Of a DNA stretch of 64,000 bases, positions 12,546-23,791 are shown in pieces. The notes beneath the pieces were generated by a model. It was not told the DNA's origin, searched no databases, and saw only the letters and a list, made by a program, of their open reading frames with translations. Position 1 is the first letter of the stretch. The number at the start of each line of letters is the position of its first letter. Made by a program: the position numbers and the translations under genes. The DNA is taken from assembly GCA_907165135.1 (NCBI GenBank), contig OU015569.1:3224001-3288000 (forward strand), in the 5' to 3' direction. Origin of the DNA: Oikopleura dioica. Lineage: Eukaryota > Animalia > Chordata.

Positions 12546-13513
12546 TTGCTCATGGGAATTTTGAAAAATTCGCTTTTTAAGACATTAAAAACCCTAGCAT
12601 GTCCGGCCCATCCATTCGTAAGGCCTGTTAGCCAACACACAAGTCGAAACAAACTTAATCCAAATCCAAATTGCAAGGAAAAATACTTCAAACTACAACG
12701 AAACAAAACGCGTCTTGAAAGTATCAATCCTCCCAGTCGAAGGGAGGATTGGCTCGTCCCTGAAAACACATTCATCGGGCGGCCGGTTCAACACAGATTC
12801 AATAAGGAGAAAACTACAATTTCGATAAAGGCAGAGTTCGGCGGTCGAGGGGGCCTAAGTCACTCTAATCGCTTCAATACAGATATTATGGGAAGTCCGA
12901 TTTGGCAGCGCCCTGTTAGGTTCGTTGATGCACTGGCATTCCATTTTCATGAGATTTTTGAAGAGTGACCAGGTCGTATAATTTTGATGGAGGGCAGTGG
13001 AGTCTCAACCCTCGTGAAAACACCTTTGCTCCTCGGTAAAGAGCTGCCTAAAATCATCATCAAAATAATTCTAGCGAGAGCGCCGACTTTTCATTGAAGT
13101 TATTACGGAAGAACACGCTGCTTAGGTTGAACGCAAGAGATGAACTGCGAGTACAGCTAGACGGTAACCCAAAATAAGTACCAGGAATTCCAATCGTCAA
13201 TTTCCAGTCGCTTGCAACAAGAAACATGAACACGAAAGAGAAAAACGAGTTCGGCGACTACGACCTTCTCCAGAAAACGACCCTGTCTCGTATGTCATGA
13301 AGAAGAAGGAGAAAGATCTATCAGCATTGGTTTAAACTTTAAAGCTTCTCGCACACACTTCCAATTACTTATTATGAACCAGAACTAGAAAACGAATATA
13401 GATACAAGAGAATTGTCCGCTGGCTGACAGACGTCGAGTTCGAGAAGAAAACTGATCAGCTAACAAGTAAAATCACTGACCTTGCCTTTTCAAAAGTAAC
13501 TGAGCTGCTTTAG
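12546..13513 (+). CDS. Probable multi-exon hypothetical gene (5' boundary uncertain)
   Basis: Exon-like open stretches with donor sites, ending YEPELENEYRYKRIVRWLTDVEFEKK...VTELL* at 13511-13513. Convergent with the kinase gene. Confidence 0.35.
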
Positions 13514-13636
13514 AGATCGTTACAGTAGAAATCAACCACCCGGAAGAAACTTTCTTTGAAAACATAAAACGGAAAATAAAAAGAGTGAAACGTTGAAAAT
13601 CGCCGAATATCGCTGTTGAAAGTAAAGATTCTTGAG

Positions 13637-15725
13637 TTAGAAAAACTGCACAAGTACAAAAGTGATCAAGGAAAGTGCTAGCGTGGTCGGGGATGAAGCT
13701 GCGCAGGGAATGTCCCATGTGTTGTCGGATTGTTGCGTTTCGCATTGCGGGTACTCGGCGTAAGTTTCGCCCTTCGTGCATTTATCTAGAATTTCTCGTT
13801 ATTATTCGATCAGATCAATCAAAAAATCAAAAAAGCGCAAGAAGTGTCGTCCTTCCTAATCTCTTATAAAATTACTTACATCCATCAGGCGCCGCGAATT
13901 CCGACAAAACACCGCGCAAAACTTCGTTGAATCCCTTCCCCCAGTCAGGATTCAAAGCGTACAGAAAGGCGCTCCTTTCAAGAACGTACCAAGGCATGTA
14001 ACAGACAAATTCACCCTCGACTTCTTCAATCGTAAAGTTTCGCGGAGGGTTGAGTGCGTTGTATGCATCTGTGTAATTTCCAAGATATAAATTTACTGCG
14101 CCACTGTCAAGCTCGCTTCAAACGGTTTTCAATCTATTTGTTTCGGCTACTCCCGCATTTCCCAAAATCCTGGATTTCCCAAATCCTGGATTTCCCAAAA
14201 TCCTGAATTTCTCAAATCGCCAAATTTTGGGAAATGCGGGAGCAGCCATTTGTTTCAGAGCTCTCAAAACGTGGCTACAAAACCGATCCTTTGCCAGTTG
14301 AAAAAGTAGTAAAGCAAGTCCCAAGCACGCGGCCCGAAACCAGCGTTGTCGTAATCAGTTAGCATCAAGCGATCAAGAAGCGTATCTTTTTCTCCTCCAT
14401 TTTTTAGGAAAATATTACCAGCGTGGACGTCTTGGTGTCTGATTTTCGTATTTTGATGATTAAAAAATGAGGAAAACTTACGTCATAACAACAGGAGAGT
14501 TCGACATTTCTACGTTTTGTACGGCGAAATCGTAGATATCTTTAAGGCACGTAAATGAGGCTTTTTCGTCTTCAATCGGGTCTTTTTTGAAGTTATCATT
14601 GATGTATTCAAGCCCTTTTTCAAACAACGGATTGCTCAAGTGAACGCGGAGCGCATTAGTATTCCAGGGCCAGGGCTCCGAGCAAAATTTGATCGGGATG
14701 TCGATCTCTTCTTTCGTCATTTGATGAAGCTCCGCTAGTCGTGTCGCTACGGCCATGTATGTTTCCGGTTTGTGCAGATCTTTTACATCGACGTTTTTGC
14801 CACTGAGAAACTCTTCGAACTTGGCGTAGAAAAGGTTTTCGCCGCATGCATCGAAATTTCCGCAGTTGACATACTCAATTTCAGGAATACCAGGCTCGCA
14901 ATTGTCGAAATTGCCGCACACTTCATAATTAATTGGAAAGCCTTCCGTCTTCGAGCCGTAAAAAGCTGGTCCATTGCCGGCATCACCAACTGCTCTGTCA
15001 ACCTTTATCCGAAATTCCGGCTCTCCGACGAGCTCGTGCGGCTAAATTTACTAATGATGGTCGTTTGAAAATTTCAAGCTCATGATTAGATCTATTTGTA
15101 GGCCTCGGACGTAAAAAATCATCACCACCAGCCGGTCGTCGTACGGTAACAAGAGTAGGCTCATTCGAAAGCTCTTGAACAGGGCTTTCTGTTGGGCTTA
15201 TAAAAAAAATGGGCCCTGTCCTTCTTTTTCGAGATATTTGATTTTGAAGGTAAGCTTCGAAAAATATTTTTTATAATAACTCGTAACAGAAAGGGAGGGT
15301 CCAGTTTTTTTATCGGTCAAATAGAAAGCCCTTATCAAAACCTTTCGAATGAGCCCTCTCATGTTCCCGTACGATGACCGGATGGTGAAAATCGTCTTTT
15401 TTACGTCCGAGGCCTATCTATTTGACAAAATGATTCGAGTCGAATTTCGAATGAGCTTTCCCCAGGGGAAATAGCAAAGATATTATCTTTACCTTTTTGT
15501 AGATTTTCAATGCGGAAGTCAAGGTACTGTTCTCGCATTTGTAGACGACCGCTTGTTCTCCTTCGCCAAGTCTGCTTGATGTCGCTTCTATTAAAATTTT
15601 AAGAGGGTAAATCATTCAGGTAAGCAACCTTCTCCAAAGAACTCTTTGCAAGTGCTGAGCGCCTTTTCTGGAGATGTATCTGCGGCGAGAGTGCTCTGCG
15701 TTAGAAAAACTGGAAGCAGCCTCAT
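13637..15725 (-). CDS. Choline/ethanolamine kinase-like (APH fold) protein with predicted signal peptide and GPI-type C-terminal tail; 6 exons, ~428 aa
   Basis: Exons 15629-15725, 15493-15587, 14482-15041, 14289-14438, 13880-14115 and 13637-13785 all fit in phase. Motifs: TCKEFFG, LGEGEQAVVY, ALKIY, GNGPAFYG, EEFLSG, LAELH, SPVVMTHQDVHAGN and LTDYDNAGFGPRAWDL. N-terminus MRLLPVFLTQSTLA; C-terminus AASSPTTLALSLITFVLVQFF*. Confidence 0.82.
14145..14247. mobile_element. 103-bp MITE with 9-bp TSD (Mutator-like), intronic
   Basis: TSD ATTTGTTTC at 14136-14144 and 14248-14256. 24-bp TIR GGCT(A/G)CTCCCGCATTTCCCAAAAT. Internal tandem AAATCCTGGATTTCCC. Confidence 0.85.
15101..15414. mobile_element. 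314-bp MITE with TA TSD, intronic
   Basis: TA|GGCCTCGGACGTAAAAAA...TTTTTTACGTCCGAGGCC|TA, with imperfect inverted arms of about 75 bp. Confidence 0.85.
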
Positions 15726-16604
15726 CCTTCAAAGCAAATCTCTCTTTTTTATTCGAAAAAATTCAATCTGCTCAAAAGTGGAGCGGCGATAACGACAAGA
15801 ATGCGTGCTTGGCTGCTCCTTTTATCGCCTCGGGCTTGAACTAATAGACTGTTTGTCGAAGTCGAACTCTCGTATAGACTGGCGGTTTTTGGACAATGCG
15901 GGCGTTCACTATTGAAATCTGGCTCTGTATATATGTCTTCGGAAGCAAGTAAAACGTAATAAAACGAATATTCACTAGCCTTGACAAATTTACGAAATGA
16001 ATTGAAAATGAGCGCCTTTCAAATACAAATGATATTATATCGAAGAATAAACTCACAATAAACAAGTTATAAAGTGTTCCTATTGTTGCACTTGCAGAGT
16101 TGTGCAATTATCTCACTGGATGAAAATGTAGAACTTACAAATTCTCGGTCTCGTACAACCTTAGGTGTAGCATTAAATTTTCATCGCAATAGATGCTCAA
16201 TAATAAATTGCAGAGGCTCGCTATATAAAAATGCTTTTGTGGAATTGATTTGTGCAAAAATGTGCAACAAAGGTGGAGGTATTGAATGTTGATATAAAAG
16301 CTTAGTGCATGGAATTGCAGATTATATTCGGGGTGAGGATGATATCTTCTTGGACAAAGTTGCTTGACTCGTGCCAATTTTAAGAAATTTTATGATCGAA
16401 AATGCGAATTTCATCAATGAATAATCGACGAAAATGGTTTGATCGCGCTCCTGTTCCGTCGGGATTAGCGCCGGTATGGTTTTCCTGTTTTGAATCAGTC
16501 ATCGCATTCGCCCTTTTTTGAACAGCTCCATTCCTGTCATTTCAAAATTTGCTCGAACCAAGTTTTACCTTTTTTTTTTATTTCGAAGGAGGCAAGGAGA
16601 AAAG

Positions 16605-19111
16605 ATGGAAGTCGATGGGAAATACTACCCGCCGGAGAATATCTATTTTCTATCTGAAATGAAGATAGATTTTCCGACAAAGACTCCTGCGAAAAAGAAA
16701 CCTCCCAAAGATGACATCCAGATAATTTCGGAGATGGTCCGATCAGGACAGAGAATAACCATCGAGTAAGTCCATCGACTAAAATTTGATTCTATTCTTA
16801 AAATTTATTTCCACTAATAACTTTATTAGACAACAGAAGATCGTGCTACGAGAGTATGTCTGCAATGAAATGATACTGAAAGGAACAGACCGTGTTCTTT
16901 TTCAAGATCTTCCATTCGGAATGCAGCGCTTTTTCTGGAACGCGCATCATGACAAGTACGAGTACAACGAGAAACTCGTCTTTGGTAAGAATCTCTATAT
17001 TTTAATTGTCATTTTTCAAACTAATTCTCAAGCACTTTTCTTCCTCGAGCACGACAGCGTCACTAACATTGAACGCTGGATCCGGAGCGCTCTCGAACCG
17101 GGCCGGGAGTTTAAAGGCGATGAAGTTTATCAGGAGAAAACCGTACATAAGAATCTTCTCCCGATGGCACTGATGAGCAATGATGAGTGGAGGACTCTCG
17201 CCCAAGTGGACTTTCGCCCAAGTGGACTCCCGCCCAAAAGGACTCTCGCCCAACTTGGGCGGGAGTCCATCTAAGGCGAGAGTCCATGTGGTAATTTTCA
17301 ACCATGAGAAACAGAAAGTTGGCCGAGAGTCCATCTTGGGCGAGAGTCCACTTGGGCGAGAGTCCTCCACTCCAATTGTTAATGACTATTCAATGACTAT
17401 GCAATGTACTTTATATAAATTAAAGTTAAGGTTAGGGGGCACTGGGCAAAATGACAGAACAACCTTACCCGAGGGTAACCCTAAGTAACCCTAGACTAGA
17501 CCCCGGAATCTTAGGACCTAAGGGGCGAAGCCCCGTGGTAAGGGGCAATTAGATTTGATAATTTTGGCTGAAAAGAGGTGCAGTAGGACTGACCTTCTCT
17601 TTCAACCTAGTCGAAGATTAGCACTTTTTTTGAGAGTTCCAGTTTCGGTTTGTCTAGCAAGATAAGCGAAAGCATAAATTCTTTGATGTGAGAAAATATT
17701 GCGCTTCGCTAATAAAACTGGAACTCTCAAAAAAGTGCTCATCCTCGACTAGGTTGAAAGAGAAGGTCAGTCCTACTGCACCACTTTTCATCGGAAATTA
17801 TCAAATCTAATTGCCCCTTACCACGGGGCTTCGCCCCTTAGAGCCTAAGATGCCGGGGTCTAGTCTACGGTTACTTAGGGTTACCTTCAGTAACCCTAAC
17901 TAACCCTAGCCTATCCTCCTCGGGTAAGGTTGTTCTGTCATTTTGCCCAGTGTCCCCTAACCCTAACTTTAATTTATATAAAATACATTGAATATTTACT
18001 ACATACATCTCATTGCTTTCTTTTGTCATTGAATAGTCATTAACAATTGGAGTGGAGGACTCTCGCCCAAGATGGACTCTCGCCCAACTTTCTGTTTCTC
18101 ATTGTTGAAAATTTCCGCATGGACTCTTGCCCAAAAGGACTCTCGCCCAACTTGGGCGGGAGTCCATCTTGGGCGGGAGTCCACTTGGGCGAGAGTCCAC
18201 TTGGGCGAGAGTCCTCCACTCGCAATGATACGTATCTAATGCTTTACGAGTGAGTACTCTCTACAGTTTTATTCTTCTAACTTGACTTCAAGAATGGCGA
18301 CGACTGGACGATACAAGATCAAGAAGAAGTACGGTCTTGACCTGCCTTCAAGAGTTCTTGCGAACTTTGCCGATGTTCTCGATTTGAAACGTCAAGAAGG
18401 GCTGATGAGGTTGATTTACGCGGTCAGAAATATTTTCCAAGGTAGTGTATTTGAGCATTTTATTATTCTTACGCATAAACATCAGGTGTTTGGAAAGACG
18501 GAAAAGCCTGCACAATTGGGATGACCGGCTATGGAGCGGAAGTAGATGCATGCCACGAAATCGAGCATTATGGGGGACCCAACGTCGAAGTGTTCGATTA
18601 CTGTGATCGTCATTTCCGCATCCTGGAGCTGGACCTCCTCAAGTTCGCTTGGAAACTCACAAGATTCGATAAACGACCGTTTTTGTTGGATCGCCTTGAT
18701 TATGCAATCGAGAAGGTGGAAGGTGCATATTTTTGGCTTCCTATCAGATGCGAGATTTGCAATGATCCGGACTACATCTTGAATGACCTTGATGCTCATG
18801 GACTATTTCCATGGTGTGTATGCGAGGAAACGCCGCAAAAGATGCTAAGTAAATACATAAGTGAGGAATTTAAACCGCTCATCCAGTCGATTTTTGCGCC
18901 TTTCGAAGAAGCTCAACTAAAGAAGGTAACCAAAAAATTCAAATTAAAAACTCCAACGCAAAATCCAGATCAACTCGAAGAAGCCACTTCCGATTCAGTC
19001 CGAGATTGCTGCGAAGGATTTTCCTCCACTTCCCAAAACTCGACGAACTCGACAACGAACTGTCTCTCTTCCATCGGATCTCTCTTACATTCAACTCAAT
19101 TTTTCAATTGA
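16605..19111 (+). CDS. Multi-exon gene of unknown function whose third exon is interrupted by a foldback transposon (possible disrupted allele)
   Basis: MEVDGKYYPPENIY... with GT-AG introns. Removing 17185-18221 plus one TSD copy restores LLPMALMSNDTYLMLYE|MATTGRYK.... The last exon runs to the stop at 19109-19111. Confidence 0.65.
17185..18221. mobile_element. 1037-bp palindromic foldback element with 8-bp TSD (MULE/foldback-like)
   Basis: TSD GCAATGAT at 17177-17184 and 18222-18229. Termini GAGTGGAGGACTCTCGCCCAAG / CTTGGGCGAGAGTCCTCCACTC. Inverted arms of about 460 bp contain tandem GGACTCTCGCCCAA units. Confidence 0.9.
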
Positions 19112-19279
19112 AACTGAAGAATAAACTCACAAAAAATCGGTTTCTGTTGCTTCCATTTGTAGAGTCAGCCATAAAAGGCAATTGATAAAAATGCGTTCCA
19201 CTCTCATACAATAATAAAGTTTATTAGACAAACAACATAATAACAAAGACAGATGTCTTTTGAGTCCGGTCACTGAACT

Positions 19280-19909
19280 CTGGTTTATTTTATATAATTC
19301 GGAATGTTCCAGTATAAGTTCTTGATATAGGCATATTTCGATGAGTATGGATTTAGAAGCACGGTTTTCCTCTTCTCCGGATAGGTACAGTTCTGCGTTT
19401 CAGAGTCAGAATCGAACGAATCTTCAGGCTCTTCATTCTTCTCAGTCAATTCGAATCTGTTGAAATCATGAAATTTCCGTCCGTTCTATCGAGTGTTATA
19501 GCCTATAACTTATAGGCGAATCGCAAGAAAACCTACCATCTGAAGCGCAGCGCGGAGTTTTATTCCAGCTCAGAGTCCAAAGACCGTAATCAATCGGGTT
19601 CTCCACTAGCTTCCCATCGTTTTCTAACTGATGCCGAAAAAGATAATCAAAGGCAGCCTTATCATCAGCCTCTTCTAAACCCTGGAAAAAGGGCCACATG
19701 CGCTTCTGCTCTTCGAATTGAGTCAATTATGAGAGAACAAAGAAGAATTATCTACCTCGAACGGCTATCAGGGTCTCCTGCAGCTTCTTATCGAATTCAA
19801 GCTGACCTTCGAAGTCTTCAGGATTTTGTCGATTTCGACATCCTAACACAACGAGAAATGAATTCATGTAGGCCCGCACTGCGCTCAGGAAATCAAGGAA
19901 GAGTCCCAT
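19280..19909 (-). CDS. Small multi-exon hypothetical gene (one junction unresolved)
   Basis: ttcag|aATG GGA CTC..., then MGLFLDFLSAVR...AVR|EQKRMWPFF..., and a last exon NGRKFHDFNRF...IPNYIK*. Confidence 0.5.
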
Positions 19910-20361
19910 TCTGAAATCGACAGTACTTTTAATCTTGCGATTCATTCAAAATCAATATATTGAAATTACCAGGTAATTCAATCACCAGATATTTGATAAT
20001 AAATTAATCAAATAGACTTGTGGTCTTTAAATTAGTGAAGGGGAGATTCTCACGGAGGAATTCACACGAGAATCTCTTCGTTCGCTGATTGGCTGCAATA
20101 TTCGCGCACGGAGGAAAGTTCGCGCGTGCCCAGTCTCCACTTGAGTTGGCCCTTTCGAGGTCGAATCTTGATGGCGAGAAGGGAAAGGATAATCTCGGAA
20201 GTTGATCTGGGAACGGGCAGCCGTCTTCTGAGTCGAAAGAGGAGGTAATCGGCTCGAAGTCTTCCTCCTTGAGCGCGGCGTCCGGCCAATGACGCGTGGG
20301 GCCACCGCGTGGCGCTGACTCTGATTGGCCAGCTCAAGGACGCGTCTGAATTCATTGAGAA

Positions 20362-21390
20362 ATGCGTTTTTCCGCCGTCCGCCATCTACGCCCGAAAAAC
20401 ACCAAATACAGAGAACGAACCTGGCTCAAAGATTATCGAGAAAATACTCTCATCAGTCATCACAGTAAGTCATCTGTTTAATCTTGAACCTTATTTACCT
20501 CCATCGGAATCAGTTAATTCCAGTCAGTTTTTCTAAGTCTATTTTAACTTTAATTTATTATTATCAAATTTAAATTAAGGCGAGACCCATTCCGGAGCTG
20601 TTGGATGGGATCCCGGTGCTCGGCCTCAACGGCCCGTGGAAACGCCGAATTTCAACGGAGTCAGATCATTCATCCCTCAACTCGCCAGACTTGTCTTTAG
20701 GTAGCTCTGTTTTACTTTATCACTTCTGTCCTTCTATCAATGAATTGTAGGCTTTCTCCCTCTGCTGGCCAATCAGCAGCGTTGCGAAGATACATCGATC
20801 TAGAATTGTCGACTTTCGCTGATCAGAATCCCTGCACAGTCTGTTATGTACGACCCGACGAAGAGTTTTCTCAAGGTTCACAAAATACCAAATCTTCAAC
20901 TCTTCAAAACTAGTATTCAGGGTTTACGGCTCCTACAGTTTCTGCCGAATATTTGGACGAAACGCGCCAAGTGGTGGACCTTTTGGACTTCAACGAGCAA
21001 GAAATTTCCCGCGTGATTGAATTGCTGAGTCAACAGTCGACGGCGGAAATTAACTGCTATCGAAAGAAGCTAACGTCTACTCAGAAACCCTCAATCCAAG
21101 GCTATTCGTTTTCATTTATGAAAGGTAATTTCCGACTCCTTCATTTGATGAGGACAATTTTAAATGAGCAAGATTCAAGCTATTTTTTAGAATCGAAGCC
21201 GCTTAACTTGAAAGAACTTCCCGAAACGAAGCTAGCTGATTCGTGGGCTGTCGAAATTGATGAAAAATACTATCGCGACGATGAATTAGAAAAGGTCAAA
21301 TTCCGCCAATTTCCAGAAGAAAGATCGCGCAAGGAAGATCCATTTGGCCCCTTCGCCAGTGTCGAAGAAAAGACTGACTTCAAATACTGA
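20362..21390 (+). CDS. MRPL43: Mitochondrial ribosomal protein L43, multi-exon
   Basis: NGVRSFIPQLARLVF|RLSPSAGQSAALRRYIDLELSTFADQNP...TVSAEYLD...KPSIQG matches the mL43 pattern. The first exon is basic and resembles a targeting peptide; the start is approximate. Confidence 0.8.
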
Positions 21391-21454
21391 TTCCACTTCT
21401 TAACTCGTGCGATTGATGCGATACAGTGCCTTACAGTATACAGCCGATTCTAGA

Positions 21455-21943
21455 ATGGGCGATGAGTCCGAAGATTTTAACGAGAAAATCGTTAAAATTG
21501 GCGGGAGCGCGCTTCTGGGAACCTCCGTGCTGACTGGGTTGTTTGTCGCGATCGGCAAGAGCCAGATTGCTCAGCGGGCGGCGAAGAAGGGAGAGGATAA
21601 CTTGGACTTCGCCAAAATGAATGAAGGTATGGAAAATCTATTTCCCGAAGCAATTCGTTAAACATCTCCTTAGCCAGTAAGTGGGCCATGAAAGCGCTAA
21701 GAAGAGCGACAATGTATAATATCATCGTCTTTGGTGGAGCGATTTCTGCCTTTTGCTACTCCTACGACGTCCGATCATTCGCCGATTTCAAGAAAACTGT
21801 CCAAGGGTATCTTACCACTCACCCTTTTCTTCTAAAAAACATTCTTTAGAATCAAAGGAGTTCAAATTTCGAAAGAAGGAGCAAAGCCAACTACTTGGAA
21901 TGATATTTTTCCCGAAGATTCAAACAGCAAAAACTCCAATTAA
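21455..21943 (+). CDS. TMEM242: TMEM242-like small two-TM membrane protein
   Basis: KIGGSALLGTSVLTGLFVAI, AMKALRRATMYNIIVFGG and DVRSFADFKK resemble TMEM242/DUF1358. ttctag|aATG. First intron donor unresolved. Confidence 0.6.
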
Positions 21944-22026
21944 ATTCTATTTATTCTGTACAGACCTTCTCTTATATCATTCCGAGTACTAAATCAAATC
22001 AAGTTCAGAGTCGGTCCAGAAAGAAA

Positions 22027-22426
22027 ATGGCTGTCGTCCACGATATGGTCGTCGGTCTCAACAAAGGCCACAAGGTCACCAAGAACGTCCAGCCTCCTCG
22101 ACAGAACCGAAAGAAGGGCACAAACACCGCCAAGGTAGACTCCGACTTGTCGCCGATGGATTCTTATCATAATTTAAGAACGTTTTCGTCCGAGAGGTTG
22201 TCCGTGAAGTTATGGGCCTCTCCCCATACGAGCGACGAGGAATCGAATTGCTCCGAATCTCCAAGGGTAACGCTCCCTTTCTCTCTTCATTTAGTTATTT
22301 TCATTTTCAGACAAGCGATGCCTTCGATTCTTGAAGAAGCGACTCGGTGCCCACGTCCGAGCCAAGAGAAAGCGAGAAGAACTCTCTGACATCATCGCTT
22401 CCCAGCGAAAGGCTGCCAAGCACTAA
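22027..22426 (+). CDS. RPL36: 60S ribosomal protein L36, 3 exons
   Basis: [20 protein letters not shown]...|[27 protein letters not shown]|[25 protein letters not shown]. Confidence 0.97.
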
Positions 22427-22694
22427 ACCATTTCTGCATTTCCCTGATAGCCCAACTGAAAACTGGAATTAATCAAGGTCGAATACAGGATTGTCTGACG
22501 TGCACATGTGTCCTCTATTTTTTTTTACAGAGCAGGAGTTGTTTGGGATCGAAATTGTTTTTAGAAGGAGATTTTATTTGTAAATTTTGAATTGCATTGA
22601 CAATTTAATTATTAGCGGAAATAAACAAATGAATTGCATTTCGTAAAAGCACCGAGCCTCAGTACCACAGGGGGATGATGATTGTTTTCGTAGA

Positions 22695-23535
22695 ATGGAT
22701 CGATTGAGGAGAGTCGGTCGCAAAATGACCTCTAGACATCGAAAGCCTCCGCCGATTGTGAGGGAAATAGAAAGTGAGATAATTTATCTTGGTTTAGTAC
22801 GAGCATCCAATAAGGACTCCAGTGGTGAATGACCAAACGCTTGGTTCTGGAAATCTCCGGATGGCGGTCATGCTCCCGGTCGGTGAAGATGAAAACGAAT
22901 GGATAGCATATCACCTCGTAGATTTTTTCAAGCAAATCACGATGCTCTACGGTTAGTTGAATAATTCACGGCTTTTGTTTATTCTCATCTAGGCACTATC
23001 TTACCGTATTGCACCGAAGATAGCTGCCCTACGATGAGTGCCGGACAGAACAAATACTTTTGGGTAGAGTTCTAACCGTTTCGTGGTAAAATTCAATACT
23101 CCCTCTTAAATGGTATCGGAACGGTCTTGAACTCAGAAAGACCGAAAATGGAAAATGTGATTATGTCTGCCAGTGAATATGTCGACAACTTGATGACTTG
23201 GGTTTCCGAACTTATCGATGATGAGTCCGTCTTCCCATCTCTCTTGAACAAGCCTTTTCCGCAGAATTTCAAGGCCACCTGTTCCGATATTATAAGACGT
23301 CTATTCCGGGTTTACGCGCATATTTACATCGACCATATTCAACACATCCGGAATCCCCGGCTTGATGAAGAAGCTCATTTGAACACGAGCTTTAGACATT
23401 TCATTCTTTTCGCGCAAGAATTCCAGGTATTCATATTCTATCAAAAGCTCTCTAATCATTTTATTAATCCAGTTGATTCCCCTAAACGAGCTTGCTCCGC
23501 TTCAGAAGATCATCGATCGGCTTACCAAGCACTGA
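22695..23535 (+). CDS. MOB1: MOB kinase activator 1-like, multi-exon
   Basis: [74 protein letters not shown]. Confidence 0.93.
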
Positions 23536-23791
23536 AAATTATTCTAACAGACTCGTCCGCTTCCTACTTATTTCCGAACACCTCGAATTGCCTTCATCTT
23601 CCTCCTTTTATTTTTCAGAACAGCGTTATACTTCAAGCAAAGAAATCCTTACTCTCAAGTCCGAGTACTATATTCAATGCGTTCGTTTTAGTACTATCTA
23701 GCTCTGTACTATAAATTCAAGATTCATAACCACAAATGTTTTGTGAAAAAAATTAATCTTTTGTCTTCTCAGAAAATTCGAGCGGGAGGGG

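Noticed and set aside
17002-18253. ORFs with repeated LGESP/GLSPK peptides (also 50041-50319 and 47491-48152)
   Set aside because: They are translations of transposon arm repeats.
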